A stretch of 58,796 nucleotides of DNA, the filler included, from Bipalium vagum (lineage: Eukaryota), in the NCBI GenBank assembly GCA_037834085.1. It is 3 parts of 3 records of this genome, joined end to end, with 100 filler letters (N's around TTAATTAATTAA, not from the genome) between each part and the next. Parts side by side here need not be neighbours in the genome. Positions count along the whole stretch, not along the records: positions 1 to 20,724 come from JBBMKC010247641.1; positions 20,825 to 38,604 come from JBBMKC010051659.1; 1 more part is not named here. One strand, written 5' to 3'. Of the stretch, positions 15,901-28,500 are shown piece by piece. The notes under the pieces were generated by a model. It saw only the letters and a program-made list of their open reading frames with translations. It was not told where the DNA came from and made no database searches. The translations under genes were made by a program, and so were the position numbers. Numbering within the stretch: the first letter of the stretch is position 1; every line of letters begins with the position of its first letter.

Positions 15901-17091
15901 TTGCAAGATTTTAAACAAAAAATGTGCCAATCGAATTTTGTGAAAAAAAAACTTATTTGTCTGTTCCTGTTAGATTACGTAGACGCAAGAAACCTGAAGA
16001 ACATTTTGAAAATAAATAATTTTTGTGTATGTCTTTGTTTCCATTTTAAAAATTATTAATTACATTGAGGGGTTCTTTTGCTATTCACTCATAAAGTTGT
16101 AAAGCTGCTTAATTGACATTATTTATATATAATATTCGAATAATACATAAAATACTTTTTTTGTATCAACCTCAAAACTATAATATTTATTAAGATTATG
16201 AAATATTTTAGAATGAGTTAATCGGCAAAAAATCTCATTGGTTTAATTTTTAATATATATAATTTGGGTTCAAGAAATTCTTAACTTCAGCTTTCCGGAT
16301 ATATTGATTTATTTGAAATCAATAATAACGAAGAAAAAATTAAGTTGATAATGAAGAGACTACATACCTCAGAAACAGATTGAGGAATAACTCGTTCTTC
16401 TGCAGGTGAACCAGGATATGAATAAGAAGAATTCTGAACAATTTGAACGGGATCATGTTCAGAATCAAAAGTAAAGTCATTAAGTTCCTCTTGCTCATTT
16501 TCAGATAAATCATATTCTTCAGCTGGAGCAACAAGACTTATCAATTCTTCTTTGAATGCTACTTTACTATTTCTATGCTCGGGCTCCGGTGGTGAAGGCT
16601 CATTTGCAAGTTGAGCATTTAAAGATTCTAGTTTCTCTCTCACATCGTAGTCCAATATTTGATCATAATTCAGAGCATAATCTGAAATTCACTATTCAAA
16701 TCTTGGGTATCGAAATTTGAATTCTCAAAAATATTAACTATGGCCGTAAAAGATTTCAAAATAATAATAATAATCACGTACCGTAATCCTCCTCAAATTC
16801 TAATTGTTGTCTCCGCAATTCCAGTTCTCGTATTGCTAACTGTTGATCTGGAGTTAAATCAAAGAGATTGCTATTATCATCCACATAACTGTTTTGGCCC
16901 ACTTTGAGTGGATCGTCAATAAAAAATTGACTATTCAAATATCGGTCATTACTTAAAGCCTCTGGACTTTTGGAAATATAATTTGCAGTATCAAATTCTG
17001 GAGAAAGTGTGCTGGGATTTTTAAATAGCTGCTCTTCCGAAAAGATATTGTTTTGGCGCTTGTCTACATCTTTAAATAAAACCAGTCTCAT
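3956..17091 (-). CDS. CCDC181: CCDC181-like coiled-coil protein. Exons 17091-16782, 16681-16368, 7302-6866, 6819-6690, 6517-6410, 6360-6212, 4127-3956
   Basis: Hand-spliced; all junctions are GT-AG and phase-compatible. Blocks recalled from CCDC181: REKLESLNAQLANEP..KVAFKEELISLVAP, IVVSRGGKFQLV, NEKCFSAWLQNKK, EKAFKEWMKKK and C-terminal SFRYLDFYG. Stop TGA at 3958-3956. The start codon is less certain. Confidence 0.85.
4790..5550 (+). mobile_element. Tc1-like/mariner remnants in a CCDC181 intron
   Basis: Ends in TTTTTGGATCACTGTG|TA, a Tc1-type terminus. Decayed HTH-like coding fragments inside. Confidence 0.4.
9550..10340 (+). mobile_element. Degenerate, internally deleted mariner element
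   Basis: HPPYLPDLSPT (cf. HPPYSPDLAP) near 10096 and LISQWQNSTDSNG (cf. LVxRWxKCxxxNG) near 10255. Many stops and frameshifts. Confidence 0.75.
11078..11460 (+). mobile_element. 5' fragment of a maT/Tc1-like transposase
   Basis: YYQNNESPTQTVRKLRSIL...ESTV...ETGSVA resembles the N-terminal HTH of these transposases. Confidence 0.55.
12293..12413. mobile_element. pogo/Tigger-type MITE, about 121 bp
   Basis: TA|CATTGAAACCTG ... CAGGTTTCACTG|TA: 12-bp inverted termini with one mismatch, flanked by TA. Confidence 0.7.
13101..14720 (-). mobile_element. maT/DD37D-like transposon remnant bounded by TIRs
   Basis: Inverted repeat AAGTCACTTTCCTATTTAAAAAATTGAATA (~13114-13143) versus TATTCAATTTATAAATAGGAAAGTGACTT (~14689-14717). 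Internal LTVTGDQYRKILENF, WQQE*VTVHT and WIYLKDRVY. Confidence 0.7.
13975..14690 (-). mobile_element. Mariner transposase remnant nested inside the preceding element
   Basis: EPFPHRLITFDEKRLLNNNIKRSTQWLD (cf. IVTxDEKWxxYxNxxRxxQW), plus an upstream KFRNGDL...RIDRPSKFDG region. Confidence 0.8.
15657..16010 (-). mobile_element. Highly decayed mariner remnant
   Basis: Mariner-like terminus TATGTTGGTGCAAAAGAAATTG followed by decayed C-terminal transposase sequence. Confidence 0.4.
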
Positions 17092-17239
17092 TTTTTGTCA
17101 TGTTTCTTTAATAATTTATCAATAAAATAACGATTTTTAATCAACCATTTATTAAAATTATTACACATAAGTAATGTTGGTTTTTATAAAAAAATTTTAA
17201 AAAAAATAAAAGATAACAAAACAATGTATATTAATTAAA

Positions 17240-18060
17240 TATTAGGTGGACTGGAAAGTAATGTCGTTTTTACATAATATTCAATCAAATAAAATTTGTT
17301 TTTTATCAGACATAATAACCCCTTTGTCAATAGCCTTTTTCCATCTGCTATGCAAATTTTCAAAACCGGTCGATAAAAATAAAATTGGCTTTAGAGCGAA
17401 ATATTTTGATAGGGGATTTTGAATATCTTCAAAATTTTTCCCACATAGAAAATGTTGTAACTATCTAAATAAATGGAAACCCAGACTACTAAACATTTAA
17501 TATTACCTTTTCCCATGGATATTTAGTTTTGCAGTGATTTTAGGTCTTCGATAATGTAAAAATTTGAATTTAACAAATGGAGTTGTCTTACATAACCCAT
17601 TTCTCGTCTCCAGTTACCCTAAGATACATGAAGTCTTCTTATTTTTTGTTTGAAAGTGAGAATTTTGCATATTGAAACACTTCTTTTTGATCATCATTAA
17701 ATCTTAAAATGTTGGTAAATTGTTTTCCTGTTGATCTCAAGTTCTGAAGTCATACAACTAATATTTGAGAGATTTTTTCAACCTATGTCTATCTAATGTT
17801 TGTCTCTACAATCAGTGACCTATCCGATCTATGAGTGTCTGTTAAATAAAATTTCCCGACTTGTAATCTGTGAAATTTTCTGACATCTACAGCATCCTAA
17901 TATGTTTGGTTAATTGATCTTGCAGCATCTGATGCTGTTTAACGATTATGAAAATCGTAAATCATACAATGTTGTGAGCGATCTTCATTTTGCATTTAGA
18001 CAATTACTTATTTGTCGAACTAATATTAAATTCATTGATAAAGTATGACAAATTGGAAAT
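17240..18060 (-). mobile_element. Degenerate mariner element just upstream of CCDC181
   Basis: Terminus TATTAGGTGGACTGGAAAGTAATGTCGTTTTT, RVTGDEKWVM near 17590-17620, and start MQNEDRSQHCMIYDF. Confidence 0.8.
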
Positions 18061-20561
18061 CAACTGTCTTTAGATTTCTTATTTTTTAAAAACTGTTAAA
18101 TAATTAATAATTATCTGTATGTAATTGAAAAAATTTTGTATTTCTCAGATTATGTTTACAAATTATCTTTAACTCCTGTTAGTTTTACAATACTATAAAT
18201 ACTATATACAATACTATACGATTTAATATATCACAGCGATACATCAGTATCGTCCATGGAAAGGTTAATACAGGATACCTTTCAAAAAAAAGATTAAAAT
18301 ATGGGAGTAAAGTAATAAATTTAAAATGACGATCATTATGTAGAACCATTTACTGTATCAGAAAATTTCTATGGTAAAAGTTACAGAATTTGAAATGAAA
18401 GTAGTTTGAAAAAACTATATTTAAATCTTGTTATTCTATAAATAATTTAAGAAAGAAACACCGGAATCAAACACTTACATAAATAATTGTATATTCAGAA
18501 ACCAGAATTAAACCTGTCTAAGAAATTTATATTATAAAACTGTTATGCATTGAATTTGATGATGGACAGAACCACAAATGGATGGAGAAAACTACTAATA
18601 TTAGAAAACCCCTTATCATGTAGCCTTTGGGAAATTTTTAAACTATTTTCAACAAATATTACTATCATAATTTTGATTATAATGATGAAAAAGGTACTTT
18701 ATGAAAACTACTGTAATATGAAAACTAGCACATTTAAAAATATATTAACTATCCTTTATTATTAATTAATAATCAATAAAAATTAGTGAATTGTAAATTA
18801 TTATTTCTCTTAACTCATTTACTTTTCTGAGCAGTTTTAACATAAATTACTAATTTTCGTTAAGCTAACGAAAAATAATGAGAAAAACATGTAGAATGAC
18901 AAAAAAATTAAAAAACGTTATTTTCGTGTATTAAAAGAAAAACATAAAAATGTTATTTATTAAAATAGTTGAGAGACAATTATTTCCGTCAAGCAATATT
19001 ATTTAAATATTATTAAACTTTTAGGTCAATTGAAATTAAATAAATATTCTAATTTTAAAAAGTTGACGTAATATTAACAAATAACAATTTAACGGAAAGT
19101 GACAAAAAGAAGTCATTACTAAAATATTCGGATTTTTTCTTAAAACATAAAATATTATGCTTTTGTCTAAAAAAATATTTTCCCAATTAGAGAATTTGTT
19201 GCTTTTCTTCTCTTGATTTGCATAAGCCATCGATTTGAGAATATAAAGAAACTATTGATATCTTTGAAATCGTTATTATCAGTTTCCAATGTTGCCAACT
19301 TTCTCTTTGAAAATTATCCAAAATTGACCATCTTATAAACTTAATTATACCGAAACAATTTTCAATCTTTATTGGGATATTTTAAGAAAATTATCTAAGA
19401 AGTTATTTTTTATATTTTTCGGCTAATAATTTTCATAAATTTTGTAGTTAAATTTTAGTTTGTTTTTTTTTTGCGAATTTTAAATCTTTTTCCAATTTTT
19501 AAAAATTTATGTTTTATAATATTACAATATTACAAAAAATATGTATATTTGAAAAAAATTGTTTATTTTTAATTTTCACTATTAATTAAAAATAAACAAT
19601 TTTATATAAAGGAAAATATTATTGATAAAATTGCTTTTTAATTTTCCTTCATTTATATATAGATCTATTTATAAAAGTAATCAATATAGTCAATACTGAA
19701 ATTTTTATACATTTTATTTTAAATTGTAAATTTTGAATATTTTCTTAAGACTTGTAACCGGGTGGCCGTTGAAAATTACCCATTTGATTAAACTGACGGT
19801 ACATTTGTTTATTTTGCCAGACATAAATAATTTTTCTTAGTTGTTTCTATCCACAACATATTATTTCGATTAATTAAACATTTACTTGATTGATTAATTA
19901 TAAAAAATTTAAAAATAAATAATTTAAAAATTAACAGTCAATGTCTGCAAAACTACAGGCTAATATCATGTACTAATTTAAACATAAGGGAAACACAGCG
20001 TCATCTCGGAATACATATCACTGAACATTCGCAATTAAGCAGAATCAGTAAAATCCCAGGCCATTCAATGAATTGCGTTGTGCGAAAAGGTAAAGTTAGC
20101 GCAGAAGAATTCAGAGTAATTATGAGCAATTTTGATAATAACGATAAACGAAAAATATTTGAATCATTATTAATAAAAAACTGGCAATCAGAGATTAATA
20201 TTCAAAGAGGAGAAAGTAGAATTCAATGGATTCTCGGTGTGTCCTCTGATTAATGAAAATATTTTTTTAAAAAAAGAATAATAATTTTAACCAACTACAA
20301 TTTGATAAAATATTTTAATTAAAAATTATAAGATAATGTAAAGGAAATTTTCGTTGTCCATTGATGAAAAGTGTTTCGTCGTAAAATTAATAAATATAAA
20401 ATACTACATAAAAAATAATAAAATGTCACTATAACCCGGTATGCTTTTCGAGGTAAATATTATAATAATTGAATTATGGACTGCAAATGTCCAATCGTCA
20501 GGTTTTCTCAGCTCACTATTGTTCACATCCATAATAGAAAATGTTTGCTCACATATGTAAG

Positions 20562-20620
20562 TACATTGCAACTTCTATTTTGGACCACAAAATTTCAAAA
20601 GTGGTCCAATATTAGAAGTT
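20562..20620. repeat. Inverted repeat/hairpin, probably a MITE end
   Basis: AACTTCTATTTTGGACCAC, a 12-nt spacer, then GTGGTCCAATATTAGAAGTT. Confidence 0.6.
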
Positions 20621-20724
20621 AAGACATAAAAAGGCTAAAAAACATGTTTTATATGAACTTATATGGATGTAATAATAGAAATTAAAAAAAACAACAATAA
20701 GTCCAATAAATAATAATATATTTC

Positions 20725-20824
20725 NNNNNNNNNNNNNNNNNNNNNNNNNNNNNNNNNNNNNNNNNNNNTTAATTAATTAANNNNNNNNNNNNNNNNNNNN
20801 NNNNNNNNNNNNNNNNNNNNNNNN
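20725..20824. other. Assembly gap with artificial stop linker
   Basis: N44-TTAATTAATTAA-N44. Confidence 0.98.
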
Positions 20825-21899
20825 AAAACAAATATATATGATTACTAAAACATCTTATCTTAATAAATGACATTATCATTTATGAAAACGTCACTTTCAA
20901 CATGTACACCTAATAGTAGACAGTTTTGGACTGTATGATTATCATGGTCTTGGGTCTACAAGTTAGTATTATTGAATAATAATTTTCTTTAGTTACCTTT
21001 TCTTTACGATATTGTAATTTTTCTCACTTAACTCTTAAACCAAATAAATAAATGACGAATTCATTATGTGTTTGCTTTTAGTTAACATTTCAGTACTTAG
21101 AAAAACTTAGACTTATAAAGTTAATTAAAATCAATGATACGTATATTATTATTAGAAAATTATTTCCAAAGTTGAATTAATATCACAGGGAAGATATATG
21201 TGATTTGTGAAGAAGCTTTAGTGGTATATTGTAGAAAATAACGGATGTTTTCCCCATCCGGCCTGAAATGAAAAACAATTACCTGATAATTCTCAAGGAC
21301 AAAAAGCTTTAATTGAATTAATAATATGATACTGAAAAGCCAAGAACAGAAAAGTCAATTTTTGAAAGGACGATCCAATCGAAACTAAAGACTCTGGCAA
21401 CTTTTGTGGACGACTATTTCTTTAAAAAAAGCAAAATTAATTAAAATATAAATTTTGTATAAAATATTAAAAATTGAAATTTTAATTAATAAAATAATTA
21501 GATTTGTATTGTACAAGGACTTAAAACGTTTAGAAAATTTATTAAGGTGAATATGTTTCATAATGTCTTCAGTAATGGAATCCGAATAATAGTTAAAAGT
21601 ATAAAATAAGTAGTTATAATTTGTGTTGTATATTAGTTAAACTATGTTAATTGGTAATTTAATGAGAGTGAAACAACAGATCCGAGTGTTACACTTATAT
21701 AAAAATTTAATTGGACAGTAACGATATCATAGATAGTTTGCTCGTTGGAGAATAACAATGCTTACGATGAGATATAAGTTTTTTGAAAAAAGCTTTGTTA
21801 CTTGAACCATTTTAGTTGTTTACTTAGTTATATAAAAATGGCCTATAAATGATTTTAATTAATATATTTAGTCCAAAATTAATAATTTTCAGATTTTTC

Positions 21900-22210
21900 T
21901 ATCCAAAGGATTTGGTGCAAGATAATGAAATTTTGTTTAGAAAGATTATTAATTTTTTAAAAAATAAACTGGACTTGATAAATTTTCAGCTAATATTCTT
22001 TATTTTTATATCTATTATATCAGGTTGTGTAGTATGAAATTTGTAGGTAATGAAAATAGTGAGCCACGTGGTCGACCAGAATCAAAGGTGTGCAACGACA
22101 AATTAAAGATGATCATTGAGTCTAACCCATGTCAGAGTGCCCAGGAATTGCCTATAAAGTTTGGTGTCACCAAAAAAACTATTTTAGATCATATAAATCA
22201 AATTTATTAA
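21900..22210 (+). mobile_element. Mariner 5' fragment upstream of dynein LIC
   Basis: EPRGRPESKVCNDKLKMIIESNPCQSAQELPIKFGVTKKTILDHINQI matches the mariner second-HTH region. Confidence 0.75.
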
Positions 22211-22507
22211 TAAACTTTGTTTTTCATTTTACAAATTTCATACTACACAACCTGATGATTAAAATTATTTGTTTGAGAATGAACGAATTGAAAAGCATTG
22301 AGAATAATTAAATAACAAAGTCAATCATAAAATAATTCTAATATAAATCATTTTTAAAAGATTTTTTAATTTTAAATTTAATTTCAATGTTAGACAGTCT
22401 GTCTAATAATACAACTAAGCTTTAATTTTAAAAAATGTTTCCATATTTTTCTTTTAAGACATTAGTTTAAATAAATAAATTTATTATTATAAACATTTAA
22501 TTTTAAA

Positions 22508-25500
22508 ATGACAACAATTTATAATGAGAATCTTAATAATGAAGGAAAATATTTATGGTTCTAATAATTAATATAATTATTTAATGTTTGATGTAATTTA
22601 GGTCAAAACTATTACAGGATGTAAAAGAAAATACATCTGTGAAGCTATCCCCTCAGAGAAATCTTCTGGTTTTGGGAGACTCAGAGTCGGGAAAAACCAC
22701 TCTTATTTCTCGATTTAAAAATACTGATAATCCAAATAAAAGCTATGGACTAGAATATACATATATAGATGTTAAAGATGAAGATCGAGATGGTAAACGA
22801 AATTAAACGAAATTCTTAATTAATTTAATGTGTCTTCAGATCAAGCAAAACTGGGAGTTTATATTTTCGATGGAAACATTTATCTGTCAAATTTGATCAA
22901 ATATGCATTGAATGAATCAAATTTTGCAGACACACTGGCATTGATTGTGGTTAGCATGCAAGAACCGTGGAATATCATGGATTCTCTGAATACTTGGTAT
23001 GACGTGCTCAAAATACACTGCAACGGACTGAAGCTCGATCCGGTCGAAAGAGAGGAAAATAAACAGAGCTGTAGGCAGATCTTTATAATTATTTCGACAT
23101 CTTTTTCGAACATGATTAAATATTGAAATGTTCTTTTATTTCTATCGAATATATAGTTGTTTTTTTTATTAGTGGTGAGACATTTTCAAGAATATACAGA
23201 GCCACATAATCTAACAGAAGATGGATATTCTGCAAACTTGTCTTCAATGGTTACCAGTCGGCGGTACATGAACCCTTTGCATCCGCCAACGGTGGCTTTG
23301 CATTCACCGATGTTGCTGAATGGTGGTGGAACCGTTGGTTCTCCAGTCGATTTGGTTAATCAGGACAATATCACACTACCTTTGCCAGAAGGCGTTTTGG
23401 AGCATAACGTTGGAATACCGATTATTGTCGTTGTAACAAAGGTAAAATTTAATTCAGAAATTATCGATTGGATTTGAGATATTTATTGATCTTTTATAAT
23501 TATTATCTTTTTAGCACAAAAATCATGTTAAGTATGTTCTGTTGTGAGTAAGCTTTGGGGTTTTTTTAAAACAACAAAATGGGAATTGGATTAATTTTTT
23601 TCTGATTGGGCTTTTTGACAATTTACATGGATAACGAAAATATTTTTACATTTTGTTCAGACTGACACCATGGATGCGTTGGCCAAGAACCATAATCTGA
23701 CTGAAGAGCATTTTGACGTGATCCAGATGCACATTCGAAAATTTTGTTTGGCCCGTAAGAGAAATTAATTTTTGTTTATCCAATGAAATTTCCGATTTTA
23801 TTTAATTTATTAATTTTCATTTTATTTTAATTAATTTTCATTATCGATTTTATATAATGAACGACATAATTTTATCGATTTTCAATTGATTATGAAATTT
23901 AAATAAACCACGTGTAATTGTACCAATAACAATCGATTGAATTTCATATTGTTGGTTTTTATCAATTAAGCACTCGATTTTCTAAAAATTCGTTTACAAC
24001 TTCGTTGATTTTCAATGAACAAACAAATGAGATTATATTAAAAATTTCTATTGATCAAATTAATCAATCTATATAATTATTTAAGTTTCATATTGAGTTT
24101 ATTGATTTCCATTAGGTGGAGCCAGTTTGTTCTACACTTCAGTGAAGGAAGATAAAAATTGTGATTTATTGAAAAGATATATCTATCATAGAGTTTATGG
24201 ATTTCCTTTCATGCACTCCGCGTACATTGTGGAAAAGGATTGTGCTTTCGTGTACGGTGTTTTTATTTTTTGTTTATCGCACTTTTGTGTATTTGTGTGT
24301 TTGTGTCAATTTTTTGTTATTCACATGGTGATAACTTTACTTTGTACACTTTCAAACAGACCGACCGGTTGGGACACGCTGAAAAAGATCAAGATTCTCG
24401 AGGGTAATCTCACGGCGAATAAGGGTAAAGTCAACTTCAACGAATGGATCCCAAAACCATTGAAGAGCAGATCGAGCAACAAGGACATTGAAGTGACGGC
24501 AGCAGAGGAACAGGTCTTTCTCGACAAAATCAGTCGCGATCTGGAACTGATCCAAAGCCGATCAGTCCAAGGCCATGAAAACGAGGCACCGCACAAAATG
24601 AGCCCCAAGAACCGACAGAAAGCAGTCAGTCATATGGCGGCTATGAAAACGAAGGTAAGTTTACAAAGGTCGATCGATAAAGTAGAATTTTTTCAAGAAA
24701 ATTTAAAATCAATGTGTCAGTGCTGATGATGATGGTTTTTTATTAATGTGTAATCAGTTTCCGATGATCAGGAGTCCTTTGCCGTGTCATGCTTTTCAAT
24801 TGGCGGCAGCAAACAGTTCCCCTTTCTCTCGCAAACTGTTCAGACACAGAACGAAAAGCTTAAATTCCATTTCTTCTATTAAGGTTTACTGATGATAGTT
24901 GATCGTTTTTGTGTTTCGTTTCGTTTATGAGGTCATCGTTCCGATTTTGCTCAACAAATCTGGGATGAAATCGATTTTTGATTTTAGTTATTTTGAAACT
25001 TAGTTAATGATGATTTCTAATTGGTCAAAGTTTTTGATGATGTGTGTATGTGAGATAGAGACGGACAGAGACAATATTGATTTGCTTGTGTCACTTATTT
25101 CGTGACGCATTTAATCTATAAATCATTGCTACTATTGATTGGTGGTGATCAACCATTCTTTAATGTTTTAACATTTACGTAAATATATACAAATTAATTT
25201 TTTTTAAAAATAGTTAATGATTATTGATTAAAATTGTCACGCATTGATTTTCTCATCTATTAATATTGTTATCCAGCCGCATTTAACAAAATATAATTAA
25301 TTAATAATAATTATTATTATTATTAATTGTTACAATAATATTAATAATAGTTATAAATAATAATTAAGATGATGAGGCAAAACAAAGTTAATTAAAACTG
25401 TAATCAATAATAATAAAACACCAAGAATCATAAATCGATTTCTTATACCTAGGCCTATCCAACAGGATCACCCGCCAACAACGCTGGAGAAGGGGTTTTG

Positions 25501-28500
25501 GCTAATTTCTTCAACAGTCTTCTGAAAAAACCAAATTCACCCATGCATTCGGGAAATCCGAACTCAACGGCAGCGACCAATCTGTCAACTGATCTTGAAA
25601 ATAATGGTTATTATTAAAATATATATAATTATTGGTATTATTTTTATAATTATTTTATTAATAATAATGACACTAAATTTCTCCATGATACTTTTTCTGA
25701 CATAAAATTTTGAATATTTCTATATACCCATTGCTATTTAAAATTGTGAATATAATTATATAAATAAGATTTGTTAGAAATTAATTTTTCATACTTTATT
25801 TGGAATTAAAGCCATACAATATAGTAAGTTATTGATTAGAAAATGTATTCGAATAAAATTTTATAATTATTTTTAATCTAGCTTTTTAAGAAATGAAACC
25901 TTCAAAACAATGTCTTGGACATCTTGTTTCCTTCGTGATCACTGACATCAAAATATTTATGAAACTCACTGGTCAATCTAGAAGAATAATCATTGAGATC
26001 TGAAGAAAATTCGTGAAAGGAATACCCTTGAAAGGTAAGCTAGAAGTGAAGACATCGAAAATCTGAAATTAATGATAAAAGATGACACAATTATCCTTGA
26101 AAAATGGTCATATGTCATCAAATGAAGAAGAGAGGAAGTCCTACAGCAGTTCCGAGTACAAAAAGAAAATATTTAAAATGATATGGATGATATGGTCAAG
26201 GTATCTTGTTGTTGGTATCTAAGTTGTACCAAAATTGACCCCACTTCATAAAGAATCAAATTGTGCAAAACAAGATTTCGTCAATGGATTTTCTATGAAA
26301 AATGTTTATTTGAACTTTATTCAAATCTTGTTAGAGTTTGGTCTAAATCAAAACCCAAAAAAGAAACCAAAATGGAATTCGAGTTTAATGGTATTTAACA
26401 AGCACCAAAAGAAAACCAATTTTGGTAAAATTTCCAGGCACGATTGACTCCGAATATTAGTCCTCTGCCAAGAATTAGGGAAATGTTACCAAATTTATTC
26501 CAATACAAGATGGTGCAACATCCCATACCTCGAAGTCGACAAGAGATTGGTTAGGTGCCAATAATGTAACCGTTTTCACGTGTCCAGCAAACTCTTCAGA
26601 CCTAAACCCAATTGAAAATATTTAGGGACTAATGAAGAGAGAAGTAGAATGACAAAATCCAAAAAAAAATTATTGATTTGGAGATAATGTTTGGAATAGA
26701 CTCACGCTGAAATATCTGAAGACATTATTTCTGTCCATGCCCCGTAGAATTCAAAGTTGTATTGCTTTGAAAGGAGAAAAGATAAAATATTAAAATATAG
26801 TTTTTATTTTGTAAAAATGTTCTTAAAACATAAAAATATAATAAAGTTAGAGAAATTTTCATTTTAAAAAGTTCCATTTTTTATAGCAGTGGATACAAAT
26901 GAAAATAGATATTATGCCATGGGATTTAAATTAATTTTTTAAACTTAATTATATATTTATTTTATTATTATTAAGCATTTATGTTATACTTTATATTGTC
27001 TATTATTAAAATTTTACATTACTTTAAGTATATTTTTAAATTAAAAATTCTCAGTATGAAAATAAGTGTTATTGATTTTTTATTAAAATTAGTAATGTTT
27101 TCTATTTTTCCACTTCTAATAAATCTATTTATAAGCTCTCTTATGTCCATAAAATAGCTCTCGCAAGTCAAGCAAAAGAGGGGGAATGGGTTTCCGTTAA
27201 TTATTGATAATTTTATTAACATGGCTCACAGTTATTTTCCCATTGTTAATCAATAAGAGTGAACAGAATTTTCAATAATATACTCACATACAACGTCAAT
27301 CAATTAAATATTTTCCTGTGTATGTGTCTGGATCGGAGGAGGGTGATGATATGCGAGAGGCATACAGTGAATTATTTTAAATATCAATTGTCAATTTTTC
27401 TCTTCACTTTCTGGTCAAAAATTGTCCTTTATCTCGACCATCACCAATACAAATAATCTCCGATCGATCAATAGTTATTTCACACAGCTTTTTTACGTGT
27501 CCGTCCTTTGGTTACGGTATATTCATGTTTGTATTTGTGCATGTATGACACTCTTGTGCAGCACATTTTGAGAATTTGAAACATTTTCTTTCAATACCAT
27601 AATTGTCTTTTTCATAAGCGCGTACTCTCATTGTTTCTCTCTCCCTCTCGTTTAACCATTTCTCTTTCGTCAATCATGGTGTCACTAAACACTAACGTGT
27701 GATGCTCTCACTCTAACGAAATTAAACAAAATGCATCTGAACTGAAGAAAGGCCGTTGATTGATTGATTGTTTTTTGTGTGAGAAAATAATTATTGCTTC
27801 AGCACTTTTTGTAAATTCCGAAAAGCATAGTTTATCAATGTTGGTAGATTAGTGATCGAATCTTATTTGTGTTTGTGAAAGGAAGAGAAAGATTACATTT
27901 TCTTCCATGGATAATTGATTAAATTCTCTCGTAGAATTTGTCCTGCACAATTTAATAAATTCTTTTGAAACATTTTTCTGTATGGTTTTTTTGGTGTGAT
28001 TTACTGTAATTCTGGTTCTTTCTTGATCTTTTTCTCTTCTATACACCCGCGTGTGTGTTAGGGGGGTGTCAGTATCAATTTGAAACAAAAGTTCTTGGAA
28101 AAATGTGTGCTATGTGTTCCAAAAACAAAGTACTATCGAATTTCACAGTAAAAACCATTGATTGATCGAAAAACGGTAATCTAAAGTGCACCTGTTGACT
28201 ATAAAAAAGTTTCGACTCTTAACGAAAGAAGAGAGAGAAGGGTGTAAATTATTTTGTGTGTTCGTTTTTATTGATTAGGACTGAGTCTTATTGATTCTCT
28301 ACAAATAAGAGCGACATTGAAACTCCTCAAAGTAGATCATGTCGGTTCGTGTTAATGAGAACTCTTTGTAATATTGATTTCATTTGTCTTGATTTTTAAA
28401 AAACCCATCTTTCACCGGAAGTGACAATTTATCGCTTTAAATCGTCACGATGAAAAAGTTCAGTAAATTTTTTCTATTAATGCATATTTCTACGTGTCAC

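Noticed and set aside
19281-19300. RFX X-box upstream of the ciliary gene CCDC181
   Set aside because: Only a half-site (GTTGCCA) is present, with no correctly spaced second half.
20769-20780. TTAATTAATTAA palindrome as a biological site
   Set aside because: It is embedded symmetrically in N runs and repeated at 38649-38660, so it is an assembly linker.
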